Shown: piece by piece, positions 60,872 through 64,000 of the stretch
How the letters are laid out: each line of letters opens with the position of its first letter
Position numbering within the stretch: the first letter of the stretch is position 1
Assembly: GCF_032191835.1 (NCBI RefSeq)
Contig: NC_083233.1
Span: 49,104,001-49,168,000, forward strand
From: Heteronotia binoei
Taxonomy: Eukaryota
Direction: 5' to 3'
Length of the DNA stretch: 64,000 bases
Made by a program: the position numbers and the translations under genes
The notes under the pieces: model-generated
What the model saw: only the letters and a program-made list of their open reading frames with translations
Databases searched by the model: none
Told to the model about the DNA's origin: nothing

Positions 60872-62184
60872 GTAATCAGGACTGGGACAGAGTTATCTGA
60901 AATATACTTTTCTTAGTCTTATGACACATCTTTTGTGTTAAAACTGTTACATTAATCTTTTAGGAGTTTGTCCTTGATTAGTTTCAATGGGACAGGAGAG
61001 AGGACAAAATATATAACAGGAGTCCAATGGCAATTTAGAGTTTAACAACATTTATTTTGGCATATGGTTTCATTAGTCAGAGCTCACTTCTTCAGATACA
61101 CACCTATTTGGGATGGTTATCTTCTTCCATCTTTAGGAGGGATGATCATGGTGTGGTGAGGGAGGAAGGCAATACCTGCCTGGCCAGCCAGATCAAACAA
61201 ATCAATCCTGGAGATCAAGGGAGTGACAGATGTCCCAGCCAGATCGCCTTCACATGCACTTCATCATATACATGAAGTATATATTGATAAACATGACGAA
61301 TATATATATTAAAAACAGCAAACAACAGGAAGGTGGGAGAGATGTTACACCTTTACAGTGTAGTCAGTTGAAGTAAGATCATGGGTAATTTTGGGGATCT
61401 GCCAGGGACATCAGCATGCAGAGCCTGTGGATATTGGTCTTCCTTTCTTGCTGCTTGTCATTTGGCCATTAGAAGTCCAATCTTGCATTTTGCTCTCTCT
61501 GCTGTCTACTCCCCACCCCACCCCGAGTCTCAACCTGACAAAGCCGAAAGACTTATCTCTAGTGCACTCATCTTCTTTGTAGCTTCAATATTTCCATCAC
61601 CTTTTTTCTGTCCATTCTATGAGAGTGTTTCTTTCCTTGGAAACCACTGAGGGCTTGTTTTTGCAATTTCCTGCTTTCCACTCATACCACAGATTTCACT
61701 TCAATAATGCAATATGCTATACTGCTTTACTGCACACTCTTTGGCCTTCAGAACTAAAATAATCTCTTGCCCTCTCCTATTAACTTGGAGGACAATGTAC
61801 ATTCTAAGCTGCTTTCCAAACATTAGATGACTGCTTCAACCCCACTCTCATTGAGGATTATTGAATCCTACAATTTTTACTGCCTATTACCTCATACCAT
61901 TGTGTTCCTTAAGCAATAATTTGCTATTTCAGTGATAATTATTAGAACTATCGCAGCATAGTAGCTAGAGTGACAGACAAGGATCGAGTACACTTGGGTT
62001 CAAGTCCCCCAGATGGAGCTTACTGGGAGACCTGCAGCCAGTCACCCTCTCACAGCTTAACTTACCTCACAGGGTTGTGGTGAGCATAACATTCAAGAGG
62101 AGAATGCCATGAATGCTGTTCAGAGCTCCTTGGAGAAAGGGTGGGATAAAAATGTGACAGATAAAGCATTACCCATTGTTATAA

Positions 62185-63100
62185 TGATGAGCCATTCCAA
62201 ACTTTGTGGGAAAACTCTCTGACTATGGAAGCCCAGGTGGCAGCCACTGCTAAGTCTGCCTTTTTTCATCTGCAGCGAGCACGACAGTTGGCCCCTTACC
62301 TGGAGCACCGCAATTTAACAATGGTGATCCATGCTATGGTCACCTTGACGATAGACTACTGTAATGCCCTCTACATGTGGTTACCTTTGATTCTGACTCG
62401 GAAGACTGCAGCTAGTGCAGAAAGCTGCAGTGCAGTTGTTAATGGGGCTCCCTCGATGGGAGCACATTCAACCGGGGCTGCGAGAGCTGCACTGGCTGCC
62501 TATAGTGTACTGAATCTGCTTCAAAGTGTTGGTATTGAGCTTTAAAGTCCTATATGTCAAGGACCTGTCTATCTAAGGGACCTCCTTTCCCCATATATAC
62601 CCCAGAGAGCACTGCGTTCAGGAAGTCAACATCTGTTATCCATCCCCGGACCAAGGGAGGCCAGATTATGCTCTACACGAACAAGGGCCTTCTCGGTGGC
62701 AGCCTCTAATTTATGGAATGCACTCCCAGAGGCCACAAGAGCCCTGTGGGATCTCTCCCAATTCCGCAGGGTCTGTAAAACCGACCTTTTCTGGCTGGCC
62801 TACAGTAACTAATGCACGTGGAGCTGCCACTACTTTGCCGCTGAATACTATCATATATTTATATGACACCCAATAGAGCTATACAGAGAATTAAGAGCTA
62901 AAATGAGCCTGGACCACCTTTGTAAGAAATTTTATAGCACCAGGTTTAAGTTTTAAATTATAAATTGCTTATGTGTGTTGATTTTATAACAATAAAGTAT
63001 TGTTATTGTTATATTATGACTGTGAGCTGTCCAGAGTCCATATGAGGAGTGAGAGGCATACAAATTTAAGGTAAACAAATAATAATGAAAAAATAAATAC
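62185..63100 (+). mobile_element. L2-clade LINE 3' fragment
   Basis: ORF 62204 reads ARQLAPYL...VIHAMVTLTIDYCNALYM, followed by frameshifted remnants and an AT-rich 3' UTR/tail. Confidence 0.8.
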
Positions 63101-63197
63101 CAGATAGGAAGTTATCTTTGATTAAAGCCACAGAGACAGCCCTGCAGCCAGGATTTTTTTCATCGGAGGGCATTTAAAGTCTTTACTGGCAGTGGCT

Positions 63198-64000
63198 AAT
63201 AATAATAATAATAATAAGTTTTATTTATACCCCGCCCTCCCCGCTGGGGCAGGCTCAGGGCGGCTTACAATCTATCATGATGTAGTATCATGATATGACA
63301 ATACAGGTAAAATCAATACACAATATAAATACAAATATAAATACAAATACAGATACAAATATAAATTAATGTTAAAAAGCTAAAAACTATATGGTGGTGC
63401 TACAGTCTCTATTTATACAGGCAGCGTAATATTCAGTCTGGTCACGTCTTGAAGGCTTCTTGGAAGAGGACGGTTTTGCAGGCCCTGCGGAACTGGTTGA
63501 GGTCCCACAGGGCCCGCACCTCCCCCGGTAACTGATTCCACCATTGGGGCGCTTTTATGGAGAAGGCCAGCTCCCTAGTTGTTTTAAGTTTGGCCTCCTT
63601 AGGCCCAGGGATTTCCAAAAGATTTTGTGAACTGGAACGCAGTGCCCTCTGGGGAACATACGGAGAGAGGCGGTCCCTAAGGTAGGCAGGTCCTTGGCCA
63701 TATAGGGCTTTATAGGTGATAACCAGCACCTTGTAACGAACCCGGTACACAATTGGCAGCCAGTGCAGTTCCCGCAGCCTAGGCCACACGTGTTCCCACC
63801 GGGGTAGTCCCACTAGCAGACTGGCTGCTGCGTTTTGCACCAGCTGTAGTTTCCGCGTTCGGTACAAGGGCAGCCCCATGTAGAGGGCATTACAGTAGTC
63901 TAATCTCGAGGTGACCGTTGCATGGATCACTGTTGCCAGGTCACCTCGTTCCAGGAAGGGGGCCAACTGCCTTGCCCGTCTAAGATGAAAAAAGGCGGAT
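63198..64000 (-). mobile_element. L2-clade LINE 3' part with (TTA)n tail
   Basis: ORF 63442-63966 (-) reads SRLDYCNALYMGLP...KLQLVQNAAA...LHWLP; (aat)n at 63198-63217 on + marks the tail. Confidence 0.85.

Noticed and set aside
60872-64000. Exon 2 of GSTT copy C, or a DDT gene
   Set aside because: No KVP.L.DG or DDT-like coding sequence found; presumably beyond the window end.

Overview
Intron-rich vertebrate genomic DNA; the repeat content (Sauria/Squam-type SINEs, 5S-derived SINEs, CR1 with a CA/TA tract, L2, Penelope-type fragments) points to a squamate, probably a gecko (inference). All host genes are on the + strand. In order: the degenerate last exon of an SLC2A11-like paralog at the window edge; an isolated PET117-like first exon in a CpG island with no second exon found; a complete 12-exon SLC2A11-like hexose transporter (499 aa); MIF (115 aa); DDX51 (16 exons, 688 aa); and a tandem theta-class GST cluster (two complete genes plus exon 1 of a third). 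Gene models were built by hand from splice signals, frame continuity and remembered family sequences; no database search was possible. Top leads: (1) Penelope-type elements carrying minimal hammerhead ribozyme motifs, including a 171-bp-arm palindrome with a 13-bp TSD and an intact core on the sense strand of a transporter intron, and a ~270-bp tandem array in MIF intron 2; (2) the orphan PET117 exon and promoter, in phase with the transporter's exon 2; (3) an extra symmetric exon in one GSTT; (4) a triplicated splice donor in another GSTT. No CRISPR array, true tRNA or true rRNA gene was found.
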